Shown piece by piece: positions 50,001 through 62,460 of a stretch of 64,000 nucleotides of DNA. A program made the position numbers and the translations under genes. A model generated the notes under the pieces. It did no database searches. It was not told the origin of the DNA and saw only the letters and a list, made by a program, of their open reading frames with translations. Where the stretch lies: assembly GCF_001194135.2 (NCBI RefSeq), contig NC_068999.1:33364119-33428118 (forward strand), read 5' to 3'. The DNA comes from Octopus bimaculoides. Lineage: Eukaryota. Numbering within the stretch: position 1 is the stretch's first letter; every line of letters starts with the position of its first letter.

Positions 50001-51810
50001 CTCAGTACTACAAATTTGCTTGTCAGTTGCTTGACTGTAACCACTTGAGCAGGTCCCTTAGGGGCTGACAATATGTGCTTCTCAGATGATGAGTAGGAGT
50101 AGTGGGGGAGCATCATAGCTATGCATTGAGGGGGACTGCTTGGAGTTTGATATAAATGTAACAAAAGCAAAGGAAATATTAACCATTTTTCATACTTTCT
50201 AGGAGTAAGTAAATAAAAAATAACAGTTGCTACCCAAGGACAAAAATTATGTTACACAGTATTATATTACTAAATAATCACAATAATTTGTACAAAGTAT
50301 CATATGGCTCCAGTAATTACGTTATAACCAGATATCAGGTGATTACAATGACCATAGTAATTGTAATGAAGTGACAGCAAACCATAAAATCATCATCACT
50401 TTTAATAGTTAAAGTAAGACAATTCCTCACTAACGAACCAGCAGTGAGATGAGGAGTGGATGGCAGGGGAAATGGAGACATAGTTGAACATGGTTACTGA
50501 TGAGTTGTTGCATAAATAATCCTTTCTTCTATAGGTACAAAGTCTGAAATTTGGTGGGAGTGGGATGAGTCAATTACATCAACCCCAGTGGTCAACTGGT
50601 GCAAATTTTATTGACTTTGAAAAAGATGAAAAGCAGAGTCAACCTTGGTGGAATTTAAACTCAGAAAGCAAAGAAGGATGGAATGCAAAGAAGCACCTTG
50701 CCTGGCATGTTAACGGTTCTGCCAGCTCATTGCTTTATTTGTTATATATCATTATCGTTTAATGTCTGTTTTCAATGCTGGCATGGGTTGGACAGTTTGA
50801 CATGGAGCTGGCTAGCAGGGAGCTGTCCAGACCCAAACTGTCTGTTGTGGCATGGTTTCTACAGCTGGATGCCCTTCCTAATGCCAATCACTTTATAGTA
50901 TGGACTGGGTGCTTTTTACGTGTCACCATCATATTATATAAATAATATAAAAGTGGTTCATGGAGGGAAAGGGGACACACAGAACAGCAAAAATCCATGC
51001 AATAACATCTCTTCATTCTTGTTATGTTCTGGCAGATTTGAACATGAGGTTTCTCACCAAACTGTGAACACCCCACAAATTATTATCTGTTTAGCAGACA
51101 TCAGCACATAGTTTTCTTTTTGCCAATTCCTATAACCAAGAGCTCATGCTCTGGTGAGACTCATCAGTCCAGTGGCAGGGTAGCTTCAATGTGGTTGTAA
51201 CACTGCAAAGTACCCTTACACTGGTGAATCAAGTGTATTATGAACACTACGTTGTCTAAAGGGAGGAGGTGTTCTCCAGTGGTGAAAAACAATAACTAAC
51301 AAATATTGGTTTCAAATTTTAGCACAAGGTCAGCAGTTTAAGGGGAGGGGCTAGGTTGATTACATTGACCTTAGTGCTTAATTGGTACTTATTTTATTGA
51401 CCCTGCAAAGATGAAAGGCAAAGTCGACCCAGCAGCATTTGAACCAAGAATATATAGCTGGTCAGTGATGCTAAGCAGTTTGCCTGGCGTGCTAACAATT
51501 CTGCCAGCTTGCCATCCTGTAACTAACAAATATTTCCATTTATATCTGCTAGAGTGTTAAGAATGAACAATCATCATCATCATCATCATTTTTATATTCC
51601 ATTCACCATTTTTGCATGGGTTGGACAGGTTTCCTCCAGCATTCCATATCATACTACATGTTGCAATCATACATCATCTTTATGAGATTCATCATTTTGA
51701 GACCACCACTTATCCTTTCTTCCTCAGTTTCCCCCTTTCATGGATTCCTTCCACTTGAACCACTTGACGCTTTTTTATTCAAATCTCTGTCTCTATATGC
51801 ATCATATGTT

Positions 51811-52167
51811 GAAGTAATATTTATCCCCACTTAAATGTGGATGTTCTGTCAGAACAAACTATATTGCAGTAGATACTATGAGAGAAACTCTCATATTGGC
51901 TTTTGGTGCAAAATGCATTCTTGTTTATAATGCTAGCGGAGAGATAAATCTCCATCTCTGAGACTACTAGATCACATAATTTCGACCTTCTTTGGTCTCA
52001 TCAATGATGGATACTTAACCACTAGAGATAGCGGTGACTCATCTCCTTGCCAGTGATAGTGCCAGATCAGGCACTGGTGCCGTGATTAGCCATTGAGCTT
52101 GTTAATACTGAGATGTAATATTTCTCCTCCCTTAAATGTGGATGTTCTGTTAAAACAAACTATACTG
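51811..52167 (-). repeat. ~300-bp unit bounded by ~55-bp direct repeats, containing a decayed hammerhead
   Basis: ttaaatgtggatgttctgt at 51831 and 52132 (period 301); minus strand CCATCA-TTGATGA-GACC(aaagaa)GGTC-GAAA-TTATG-TGAT at 52010-51971. Confidence 0.7.
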
Positions 52168-53209
52168 TTCTAACAGAACACCATGGTGGGCATAAACATT
52201 ATCTCTCGATATTCATACTGCCTCTGTTGTTTATACATATGTTTAGTGTAGTCTTCTGCCTTTCATACTATATCTGATTATTCCAATATCCAGAACTTTT
52301 TTCAGTTCATTTGTGTTTCGTTGTTGATGCATGCAAACATTACACATCCAGTGGAGAATGCTTACCTCATTTCATTTTAACTGTTGCATTTAATGCCCAC
52401 AGTTTGCTTCCATGTAACATCACACTTTATACATATATATCATACAGTCTGCCTTTCAATAAGAGAAAAAACTCACTTTGTGGCTAGCTTATGCAATTGC
52501 TCCCTAAACTGTTTTCATTCTGGCTATCAGACTTTTGGGCATTCACCTTCACTGCTAATTAGACCCTTTATGTAGGGTAGGTTATTAAGTACTTATAGTG
52601 AATCCTCTGAGCATTTGAAAGATTTTTTATCACAAGTGTTCTTGCAGTTAACTAGTCCTATACTTTAGTCACATATGAAGTCTTTTTCTCTCACCCCATC
52701 TATGACCCCACTACACTTCATAGTTTATATTGGCTAGTTAGTCCACATGTCTCTGTAAGGAGCATATGGTCACTTACCTGATTTCCATGGTGTATATATT
52801 CCTCCCTGGATAGGATGCCAGTCCATCACAGCTGAGTGAACTGGAGTAATATGAAATGAAGTGCTTTGCTCAAGAACGCAATGCATCACCTGGTCCTGGA
52901 ATTGAAACTGCAATCTGACAATCATCAGTCCAACACCCTAACCACTAAAGTCATGCCTTATAGAATTCCTACATTCTCCTTTTCAAGTAAATGACAGTCA
53001 AATCCTTTCTTCTTTCCTGGCAAGTAAAACATTAATTTTTTCTGAGTTTACTTGGAGGCCTCTTGATTCTAGACTTTGATTCTAAGCTTGAGATTTCTTC
53101 TCTAATTCTTTGACAGATTCAGCTACGAGAGGTAGGTGATTGGTAAACAAAAGTTCACACAGACAGTCAATCTTGACCTCCTTAGAAAAGTGGTCTATCT
53201 AAAAAAAAT

Positions 53210-53420
53210 TGGCGCCTCAAAAAAAAAACAATATTGATTTCTCAATTTCTTGGGAAATACTATCTTCTGCCCCTTCTTACAGATATAATAATAAAATTTG
53301 TAGGTTATGTTTGGAAGAAAGCTATAGCATAATCAGAATGAACGGAAATCTGATTAACACTAGGGATGAAAAAGTTTTTTCATGTAAACGCATAACTAAA
53401 TTCTTTTTTTTATCAATCTT
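53210..53420 (+). mobile_element. Penelope-like element, GIY-YIG C-terminal fragment
   Basis: ISWEILSSAPSY…KICRLCLEESYSI…NLINTRDE…SCKR…KF. Confidence 0.75.
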
Positions 53421-53934
53421 AAATAATTCTTCACTCCCCCCCTTGTTTAGATTTATTTTTGGTGTTTTTTTTTTAAATGTTTCTATATATTATCTTTTTC
53501 TATGGAATACGATTACTCATCACACCCTCTTTACATCACTGTACCTTACACTATCTTGATATACTTTTTTATTTAACTTTTCCTTTTAACAATTGCATGA
53601 CCCACCATATATTGGGTTAACACTTTAACTACCTCTCCCTACACCTCCATTAGTGTATAATATGCCTATAATTTTTGTATTTTATTTTATTTGCATAATG
53701 TGTCCTTTTAAACCCCCTCAACGTACCCATTCTAACTAATACTGTTTTATGTTACTTGTGACTCTACCTGATAATTAAATATATTTTACTGCTGATATAT
53801 GCAAACACATATAGTACTTCTTGGTGTCTTACATGCCTACAACCATGAGTGCATATCTAGATATGGATCTTATATGTCATCTGTGTGTGCATATCTATTA
53901 TTATTGTGTTTATTCACTATATGTTGCCGCTAAC

Positions 53935-54362
53935 ATCATCATCATCATCATCGTTTAACGTCCACTTTCCATGCTAGCATGGGTTGGATAATTTGACTGA
54001 GGACTGGTGAACCAGATGGCTACACCAGGCTCCAATCTGATTTGGCAGAGTTTCTACAGCTGGATGCCCTTCCTAATGCCAACCACTCCGAGAGTGTAGT
54101 GGGTGCTTTTACATGCCACCGGCACGAAGGCCAGTCAGGAGGTACTGGCAACGGCCACGCTTGAAATGGTGTATTTTACGTGCCACCTGCACAGGAGCCA
54201 GTCCAGTAGTACTGGCAACGAACTCGCTCAAATGTGTTTTCACGTGCCAGGAAGGTGATGTTGGTAACGGTCACGCTCAAATGGTGCTATTTACGTGCCA
54301 CCGGCATGAAAGCCAGACAGCTGGTGTTCTGGCAACGATCACGCTCGGACGGTGCTCGAACG
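53935..54362 (-). mobile_element. RTE-LINE 3' UTR fragment with four hairpin units
   Basis: Near-identical to 24637-24885 and 45715-46120. Confidence 0.85.
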
Positions 54363-55787
54363 TATGCACATATACATATATTTCGCATACACACACATAT
54401 ATATACTACTATTTTTTTATGTGTGTGTACTTATATCTATATGCATGTGCCTTTTCTCTCTTTGCACCAGTATGACTATATATATTTATGACTATATATA
54501 TTCCTTCCTTTATGTATACCCTAATCAAAAAACAACTAGAATTCCTATATCTATGTATACTAATGTGCAGATATGCCTCTACTAATGTATAAGTGAATAT
54601 ACTAACAATTTTTTCCATATAAGATTTTTTTTATGACATTATGTATAAATTTTTTTGTATACTTATGTGTACCCCCATACTCATACCTTTTCTTATATTC
54701 ATAATACACAATACTCTGCTATTACTTGAATATTAATTACTAACCTAATACCACTATATATCCCTCTCACATTATGCCAAGCTAGTTCCTTACCTCATAT
54801 TTTTATCTATACTTAAGCATAGTTACTGTATAACCATACATATCTATACATATAAATTAAACCCTCTATTTCCTATATTTCATTCCCAGCTCACTTATCT
54901 TCTCTACATTGTTATTTTCCCCTATTCTTAACGTGGCAATAATGAATCTCTGAGCGCTCTTTTTCCATCTTTATAGCCACAGCAAGTATTTACTATCTAA
55001 ATTGTAAGACTAACAACTATTTTTTCTGTTTTTACTTATTTTTCTCCCTTATATCTAATACATACTAACGAATATTAGTTCTTATGCAAACACAAGTCCA
55101 TTTTATGCATCTTATTCTCTCTTTAACCTTTTTATTTACCTCTCTAACACTTGTTTATGTCAATAATCCAATAGCTCTTTATACACTATCTCCTCTAGAT
55201 TAACCTCATTCTCATGTATTAAATTTTTTTAAAAACATACACCACACTAAGTATTGTTTCTAACTGTCAGGTCATATCTTAATTCAGATATAGCCATGCC
55301 TTTCCATTGGACATTTCTATACAATCTTTCACCTACATGACTTATTTGGGATTAGAATTTCTTAATTTCCTTACTCATCTATAGAGGGAACATCTCTGAA
55401 GCCTCTTTTACTTATATTTTCAAATAACCGATACAGCCTAACTAGACTCACATCTCTTTTTCTCATAAGGTTAACTATGAATCTCCTAGATCCTATTCTG
55501 CTATATCCTTTCTCAAGTCCTTTGTAGAAATTTTGTTTATTCTTCTTGCATTGAAGAGTATAGTGATATATAATTAATTTAATTTAAGCTAATTAATTCT
55601 ATTCAACCATGAATTTGCATGATGTTTATACCACTGTATGAAATGATTGTCTGCATGAATTAAAATTCACTTATATATTTTAACATCTCTTCTTCATTTT
55701 TGACAATATTGTTGAGTTTTATGGGATTTCTTTCCATAAATTCATAACACACTATATACATAATATATATATATATATATATACATA

Positions 55788-55833
<46 letters not shown>

Positions 55834-56249
55834 TCTACCGTCGAGTTAAATGTTTTTAAGAGATAAATTTTGAAAACTGCATTCCCTCGCTTTCAGTAAA
55901 TATGTTGCTTATTTTTTGGTAGTTTTTGACTTATTTAGTCCCTCGAAGCGTGAGGCATTACTACACAGTTAATGCCCTTTATATATAATTATATATATAT
56001 ATATATGTAACATATGAAAGTACTAGTTTATTCAATATTGTAAAAATTCCAAATAATAAAACATGAAAATCAGACTAAGTTGGAATTTAATTGATTAATA
56101 CACACACACACCTTTTCTTTATTTGGCACTATGGCCATAACACAGAGAGGACAGCACAAGGACATACAAAACACCACAGTGGGGACAAAAACATAAAATG
56201 CACATCCAATGGAGCATTCTAGCTTCAGTTCTTTCTCATCTTCTCGACT

Positions 56250-56520
56250 CCTCTGCATTCAAAACTCATGTATCACTACCAAACAGTTGCACAGTTCTAA
56301 CACAAGTGTCATAAAATTTACCTTTTACTCTGAAAGAAAAGACCTTTGTTGCTAGCAGTGGCAGGAGGTACCTGAACCTTTCCCAACTTGTTCTTACCCA
56401 GGCTACTATATTTTTGGAGCAACCACCTTCCCTACAAACAAACAAACAAAAGACATCATCTGCCTCTATGAATGAGCCATCTGGGCACTTAAGGGAATCA
56501 ACTTCTGGTGTGTTCATAAA
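56250..56520 (-). mobile_element. Old RTE-LINE fragment
   Basis: GGCSKNIVAWVRTSWERFRYLLPLL…RVKGKFYDTCVRTVQLFGSDT, homologous to the RTE at 25.5 kb. Confidence 0.8.
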
Positions 56521-56936
56521 ACTTACTAATCTGGTGCATCTGTCACATATGAAGCCAACTTTCTCTCTTAGTCAGCCTGTGATTCCATTAAACCACTTCT
56601 GTGTCCATAACTTATGCTGGGTCTAACATATGGAATATACATCTACTTTTCTTCACATTGAGTAGGGTCATTTCCCTGAAGATACCAAGGTCCTATTTTC
56701 CATTTTACTAAAACTTTTCTACTTGCTTAGTTATCTTGAGGCATCATGATTCTAGGTTTAGAGTCAATGCCTGGAATTTCCTCTCTAATTCCCCTATAGA
56801 TACATCCATGGGAACTAGATCATCAGCATATAGAAATTCCTGTAGACATACAGTTTAAAATTCTTCTGTGATAGCCAGTAGGACTACAGTGAATAGGCGA
56901 AGACTGAAGACTGTATCTTGATGTACTCCCACTTTC

Positions 56937-56990
<54 letters not shown>

Positions 56991-57175
56991 ACATACGTAC
57001 ATAGAGATACTGAATGCATAACTGTGTGCTAATATTACATTTTTCACCAAGTTTATATATATTTTCACACACATATGTATAAGTATATAAATACACACAC
57101 ACATATAGAGAGATATATTGATAAAACTTACTTGGAAAAGGATGCGTGGCGTTCAATCATATAATAATATATAAA

Positions 57176-57590
57176 TATATGCATATATATACATACATAT
57201 ATGTACATACCTACATATATATGTATATATACATGCATATATGGGTACAGGTCATCAACAAACGTGGTCAGAATGGGAAACGAGAACATAAAAAACAAAA
57301 ACATAGAAAACGAAATTTTTTCGGAACAACGAAAGGAAACAAAGAGAAACGAGACATGCAACATAAAGAACATTCCCTTCATCAGTTGTCCCCTGTTTTA
57401 TCTACTGCATGTATCGTTTCTCTGTTTGTTTTTTTCGTTGTTCAAAAAAGTTCGTTTTCTATCTTTTTGTTTTTTATGTTCTCGTTTCTCATTCTGTCCA
57501 CGTTTTTTTAATGTCCTGTACCCATATATGCATGTATATATACATATATATGTAGGTATGTACATATATGTATGTACGTATGCATATATA
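57176..57590. repeat. ~415-bp imperfect palindrome embedded in (TA)n
   Basis: Arms of ~190 bp starting …atatgggtacagg / ending cctgtacccatat…; 29-nt centre gaacattcccttcatcagttgtcccctgt. Confidence 0.85.
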
Positions 57591-57615
57591 TATATATATA
57601 TGTATGTATATATGC

Positions 57616-57683
<68 letters not shown>

Positions 57684-57830
57684 TGAAAGAAATCGTGCTG
57701 AATATGACAAAAACCCTGATAAGAAAGCAAAAATTCAGTTGTTTTAAACATATGTTTGAAATTTTGAAATACACACACACACATGTGCATATGATATTTA
57801 GTACATCAAAACAGACCATATATATTTATA

Positions 57831-57864
<34 letters not shown>

Positions 57865-58461
57865 GAAGTTCTAAATAAGTAAAACTATTTACCTTCAGAT
57901 GAAACTAAAAACTAGGTGCTTTATTATCTATTTCATAGATTTTTAACAATGTATAAAATGGGGGCAGAAATTGTCCGGTGATCCTTCTTTCAGCCACTCC
58001 ATTAATACCTAAATACACTTTGTTATACAACACTAAATACTCAACTGGTACTTATTTTATCGACCCCGAAAGGATGTAAAGCAAAGTCGACTTCGGGGGA
58101 TTTGAACTCAGGAAGTAAAGACGGGCGAAATGCCGCTAAACATTGTGCCCGGCGTGCCAACGATTCTGCCTGTAAACGCACATACCGTCCTTATAACACA
58201 TCAGTAGATGACTCTAGGTTGTTGACATGAACATCAAGTTATTAATTAGCATAAAAGTTAATTCAATCACCATGAAATTAATCCCAATCAAAACTAATAA
58301 CTATTACAAGGATTAACGAATGATGCTAATGTTATTTTCTTTTCTTTTTATATAATAATCTGTAAATACATGTACAACTGTAAATGAATAAATCAAAGTA
58401 AAAATTAAGAATATAAATGAAATACGTGTATCTTTTCTTCCCGAGTTCTTTATAAAAGAGG

Positions 58462-58467
58462 TTTATT
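58462..58467 (-). terminator. Candidate polyadenylation signal of the HAD phosphatase gene
   Basis: AATAAA on the minus strand ~150 nt after the stop codon. Confidence 0.4.
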
Positions 58468-58616
58468 AAAAAAAGTTCTGTATAGAAATACACTTCCGAG
58501 TAAATTTAACACACACACACTTGACGTCTTCGAAGATAGCCCAAGTAATTTTGTTTAAAGAAAAACAACACATGAAGTTCTATATCAAAAATAGTTAAAT
58601 AAACGATAAATAGATA

Positions 58617-59636
58617 TCACAGTACTTCAGCAAACAAAGCAAGGTTCTGAAAATAATAGTTAGGTTTATCCATATCGAGAGTATTTAATAGTGTCTGCAT
58701 GTCTGATGCTCCTGACAGTACCAATGCCGAATCAGAACCAATATTTTTGGCAAATTTCACATCGGACCTTAGGCTGTCTCCGATTGTAATAATTTTATTA
58801 AGATTTAATTCAGGAAATTTCAATTTGATGAATTTATAGAGAAAAGAGCTTGGTTTCCCAACAACAGTATATTTTCTCGGGTAAGCAGCCGCCGAAACAG
58901 CGCCCACCACGGTCCCGACTGAAGGACGGTATCGGTTGGGGCCTATTTTGGTCCCCATTTCAACATCACTGGTCACTACGAAATGGCAATCAGGGTCCTG
59001 TAAATAACTAGAGGCTTTATAAAGTTTGTTATAACACAAATACTCGTCGAATCCAACCAGGACCGCCTCAACATCGTCCCTAAAGTGCATATCTAAAAGA
59101 TCATCTATCTTACGTGAGGTCGAGTCGGGCTCTGGTCCAATTCCAAAATGATCGATTTTTAAGTTTTGTAATTCTGTTCCCATAGCTTCAGAACCGATCA
59201 CATAGACAGATTTTTTTACTCCAAGAACTGACTTCAGGTAAAAAGCTGTAGCAGAAGTAATACAAAATATTTCGTCGTGGTTGATATCAAATCCATATTG
59301 GACAAACTTGTCGAAGAACGTGTTCGTTGAATATAAACTGTTGTTGGTCACAAATAAAAGTTGTTTTCCATGTTGTCGAAGCTTGTATAGTGCTTCATTA
59401 ACTTTGTCCATCCGACTGACATGATCAGTGCCCCATATCACTCCATCACAGTCGAGAAGAATTGTGTCATATTTATCAACGATTCTTTTAGCAGAACTAC
59501 AATCCAAGTGATAACAATTTGAAGATAATTTGCGTCTAGCATCGACCGAACTCTGTCGTATTCCATCGGTTAATAACACACGTGGGGTTAGTTTGGTCCA
59601 TGTGTGGTAGACAGTTCTAGTTAATTTAAAGACCAT
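58617..59636 (-). CDS. PGP: HAD-IIA family phosphatase (PGP/glycerol-3-phosphate phosphatase or pyridoxal phosphatase-like), 339 aa, single coding exon
   Basis: Motif I LLDCDGVIW, motif II FVTNNS, cap region EAVLVGFD…YNKL…A, motif III VGKPS, motif IV IGDSLRSD; uninterrupted ORF. PGP vs PDXP is not resolved. Confidence 0.9.
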   Translation of the reverse strand: MVFKLTRTVYHTWTKLTPRVLLTDGIRQSSVDARRKLSSNCYHLDCSSAKRIVDKYDTILLDCDGVIWGTDHVSRMDKVNEALYKLRQHGKQLLFVTNNSLYSTNTFFDKFVQYGFDINHDEIFCITSATAFYLKSVLGVKKSVYVIGSEAMGTELQNLKIDHFGIGPEPDSTSRKIDDLLDMHFRDDVEAVLVGFDEYLCYNKLYKASSYLQDPDCHFVVTSDVEMGTKIGPNRYRPSVGTVVGAVSAAAYPRKYTVVGKPSSFLYKFIKLKFPELNLNKIITIGDSLRSDVKFAKNIGSDSALVLSGASDMQTLLNTLDMDKPNYYFQNLALFAEVL

Positions 59637-60519
59637 GTTTACACTTAATGACTTTTATCTTCTCGCAAAGTACACAAAGGAGAGAGAAATGTTTTGTGTT
59701 GTGCTGGTGTGTAACATAGATATCAGTGAAATACGTGGCGGAGGAATATTTACGTATATAGCATGTACGAATATTTCCATCTCTCTCTCTCACATATATA
59801 TATATATGTATATGATGTATGTATGTATATGTATTTAATAGAAGGCAGGGTTAATCAACAGAGGTGAAAAGAAGAGTTACTGGATGTAGAAATATTTGAT
59901 CAATGCGTTACGAAAATACATACGACAGCCATCAAGCATATGCGTGATAGATTACTTCATAACATTAACAAAGTCATTTCATTATCATTGAAGATTAATG
60001 TCAGGAATAGAAATGCAGCAGAACTTAACAAGCTGCTGTCTCGAGTAAAGTCGTTTCACTTGTTTATGTTGGGGAGAAAATACAAGAGTTATCTACCCTT
60101 GGTGTTATCTTATCTCTAAAATATTCTTCTCACGGAGACTTCGCCACCCCCCCAGCCAGCCAGCCAGGGTATCCCTTCGTCCTACTAGAAATAGCTGACA
60201 ATTCTAGAACAAAGCATTCCTCAACATTTTAACAACGAGAAGGAGGCATTATATAACGTAGTCATCGACATCCTTTACAAAAGACAACTGAGTTATTCCA
60301 TCAATATCGCCTGTAAGGAAATTCGGCCTTTGACAGCTACGGTTTGGCGGGGAAATTAAAAGTGGTTTGTTGTCTACGTGGCCTTTTATCGAGGCTCTTA
60401 TGACAACCCGAAGAGCATGAAATAGGAAATACTATTAACTAGAGGTGTGGGGGGGGGGGAGCTTGCCTGAATGTTCATAAGTGGGTAAACTTCGCAAAAT
60501 ATTTCACAATAACCTGACT

Positions 60520-60565
60520 GTATATACTACTACTACTACTACTACTACTACTGCTGTTGCTGCTG

Positions 60566-60628
<63 letters not shown>

Positions 60629-60630
60629 TA
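60520..60630. repeat. (ACT)n microsatellite
   Basis: Direct reading. Other trinucleotide tracts: (GAT/GGT)n 28240-28460 and 63760-63960; (AAT)n 41047-41077, 42846-42903 and 43438-43510; (GAAT)n 23730-23880. Confidence 0.95.
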
Positions 60631-61033
60631 GCTGCGTTGATCATCGCTGTTGGAGAAATTTAAAACTAAGAAAATCCTATGATGTTACAGCATTTTGTGG
60701 GAACCAGTTGGTTGATTTCTTTTTCTGAAAATCCAAGCTAGCTTATCCAGACTGACTGTTAGGTATTTACTTAAAAAGATCAAGTGCACCAATTATCATT
60801 GGTATAAATGAAAATCTGCAATCCTGATACAGAAGCTGGACGTTTCGAAGAAGTTGCCCTTAGTTATCTTTTTTTCTCTTTGATTTTCAAAGAGATAATC
60901 ACATCAGCAGAATAGCCGACCTCTATGACGGTGCATACTTTTCTTGTCTGTACCAAATAACAATATCCGGCATGTTATGCTTACACTTGAAAGACATTTT
61001 GATGGGAATGTTCTACCAGTATTCCTTGTGCTG

Positions 61034-61064
<31 letters not shown>

Positions 61065-61489
61065 TGTACGTGTGTGTGTATATATGTATGTTTTTTTTGG
61101 GGTTAATTTTAACTTTTTTTCCACTGAAGAGTTGAAGCTGGTTCCTAACAAAGTGGAAGGCTCTTTTGTTTAAGTCAAAACAGCTTTTGGGGTTTTTGGT
61201 TACCTGAATTAGTTGATGTGTGCACATATGTGCGCGCGCGTGGATAGACATGCACTCTGGTGCTGCGTATCACAACAGGACAGGTGTGTATGTTTCATCA
61301 CCGTGCATGTTTGTATATGTATACCATATGTATACGTTGTATGCATATGTTCTTGAAGGGATCTCAAATGAAGACTGAAATGTTTTACAAATAATGACTG
61401 TTCTTCCGATGGAATGTATTTGGAGAATGCGAATCAGTTTGCTTGTTTTTTTTCTTTAGAATCCGTACATTTCTAGGTTTCTATGTAGA

Positions 61490-62460
61490 TTTCTTGTTAC
61501 GTAGCACAGGGCAACTATAATAATAGGAACAATTGAAAATATATTGCCTGGATACAAGAGTTGTAGATTTCTTGTTAGTTCTCCATAAATGTTCTCCTTT
61601 CCCCCAATTTTTGAATAGTACATTCACATCTGCTGGGCAGCTGGTCGGTATAACGACTTGTGATTTTTGCTCTCTGTCCCATACAATCATAACTTACCTG
61701 TTGTCCTTACATCGGGTTGCAGCTATTATTGGAATGTTCCATCATTTTTTTCTTTTTTACTTTTAAAGGTGTAGATATTTTCTGGTTCTGGCGTGCCTTT
61801 AGTATAGCCATCAAGACAACCCTTCTCGCATAAGGCATTGTAAACCATCTTGGCAACAATGTCATCTCATGGAGAGGTAGTAAATATTTGGGGGCAGTTA
61901 CTGATAATATGAATGATATCTTCCATTTTGATGTGGCACAATCGGCACTTTCTGTCACAGGTGGAAATTTAGAGGCATCCATATCTCTTTTGCTGAAAAG
62001 GCATTTAGTAGCTATCTCCTGTTTTTTTACCCCAAAGGTAAAGTCTTTCGTAGCTATTTCCTGTTCTTTGACACCAAAGGTAAAGCCTTCTAAATGAGAT
62101 GTGATGTACTTATCGCAGGTTCAGGAGAGGCTATTCCTGTCAATGCTGCTAACATTCTCCAGCTTTTGAGACATATATACCCATGCATAACTTTCTGCAG
62201 AAATGATGGGTAATTCTATTCCAAGTCTCAGTTTAGGTAGATCAGTACAGCCACAGTTGATCCACATATAGCCCTAGGGTGGTTTATGTGCAAATTGGTT
62301 ATACTTCTACACTGCTCAAAATACTTTAACAATTTTAAATATATAATTCTTAATAATATAAAAATGCGATAGGACTTTTGAAATATGGAATAGTTATGAG
62401 GGCCCACTCGAATAAAGTAGGAATCAAAGGGATCCATAGGCAAGAAATGGTTGTGAACCA
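61490..62460 (-). mobile_element. RLE-type (R4/Dong-like) LINE C-terminal remnant, third family
   Basis: ITSHLEGFTFGVKEQEIATK, CRLCHIKMEDIIHIISNCP (CCHC), DIVAKMVYNAL, IVWDREQK…SCPADVNV across frames. Confidence 0.8.

Noticed and set aside
51105-51175. Minus-strand CTGATGAG plus hairpin
   Set aside because: No GAAA in position and no stem I partner.
56765-56845. Minus-strand CTGATGA followed by a 10-bp stem
   Set aside because: GAAA is 3 nt out of register and part of an outer stem; no stem I/III or NUH site.
58617-59636. Horizontal transfer of the intronless phosphatase
   Set aside because: Motifs fit the eukaryotic PGP/PDXP type; lack of introns and CpG content are not evidence of transfer without a phylogeny.
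60835-60910. Minus-strand CGAAACGTC (Penelope-type stem III) with a distant CTGATGT
   Set aside because: Core halves are ~50 nt apart without a closing stem II, and A9 is missing; at most a fragment.
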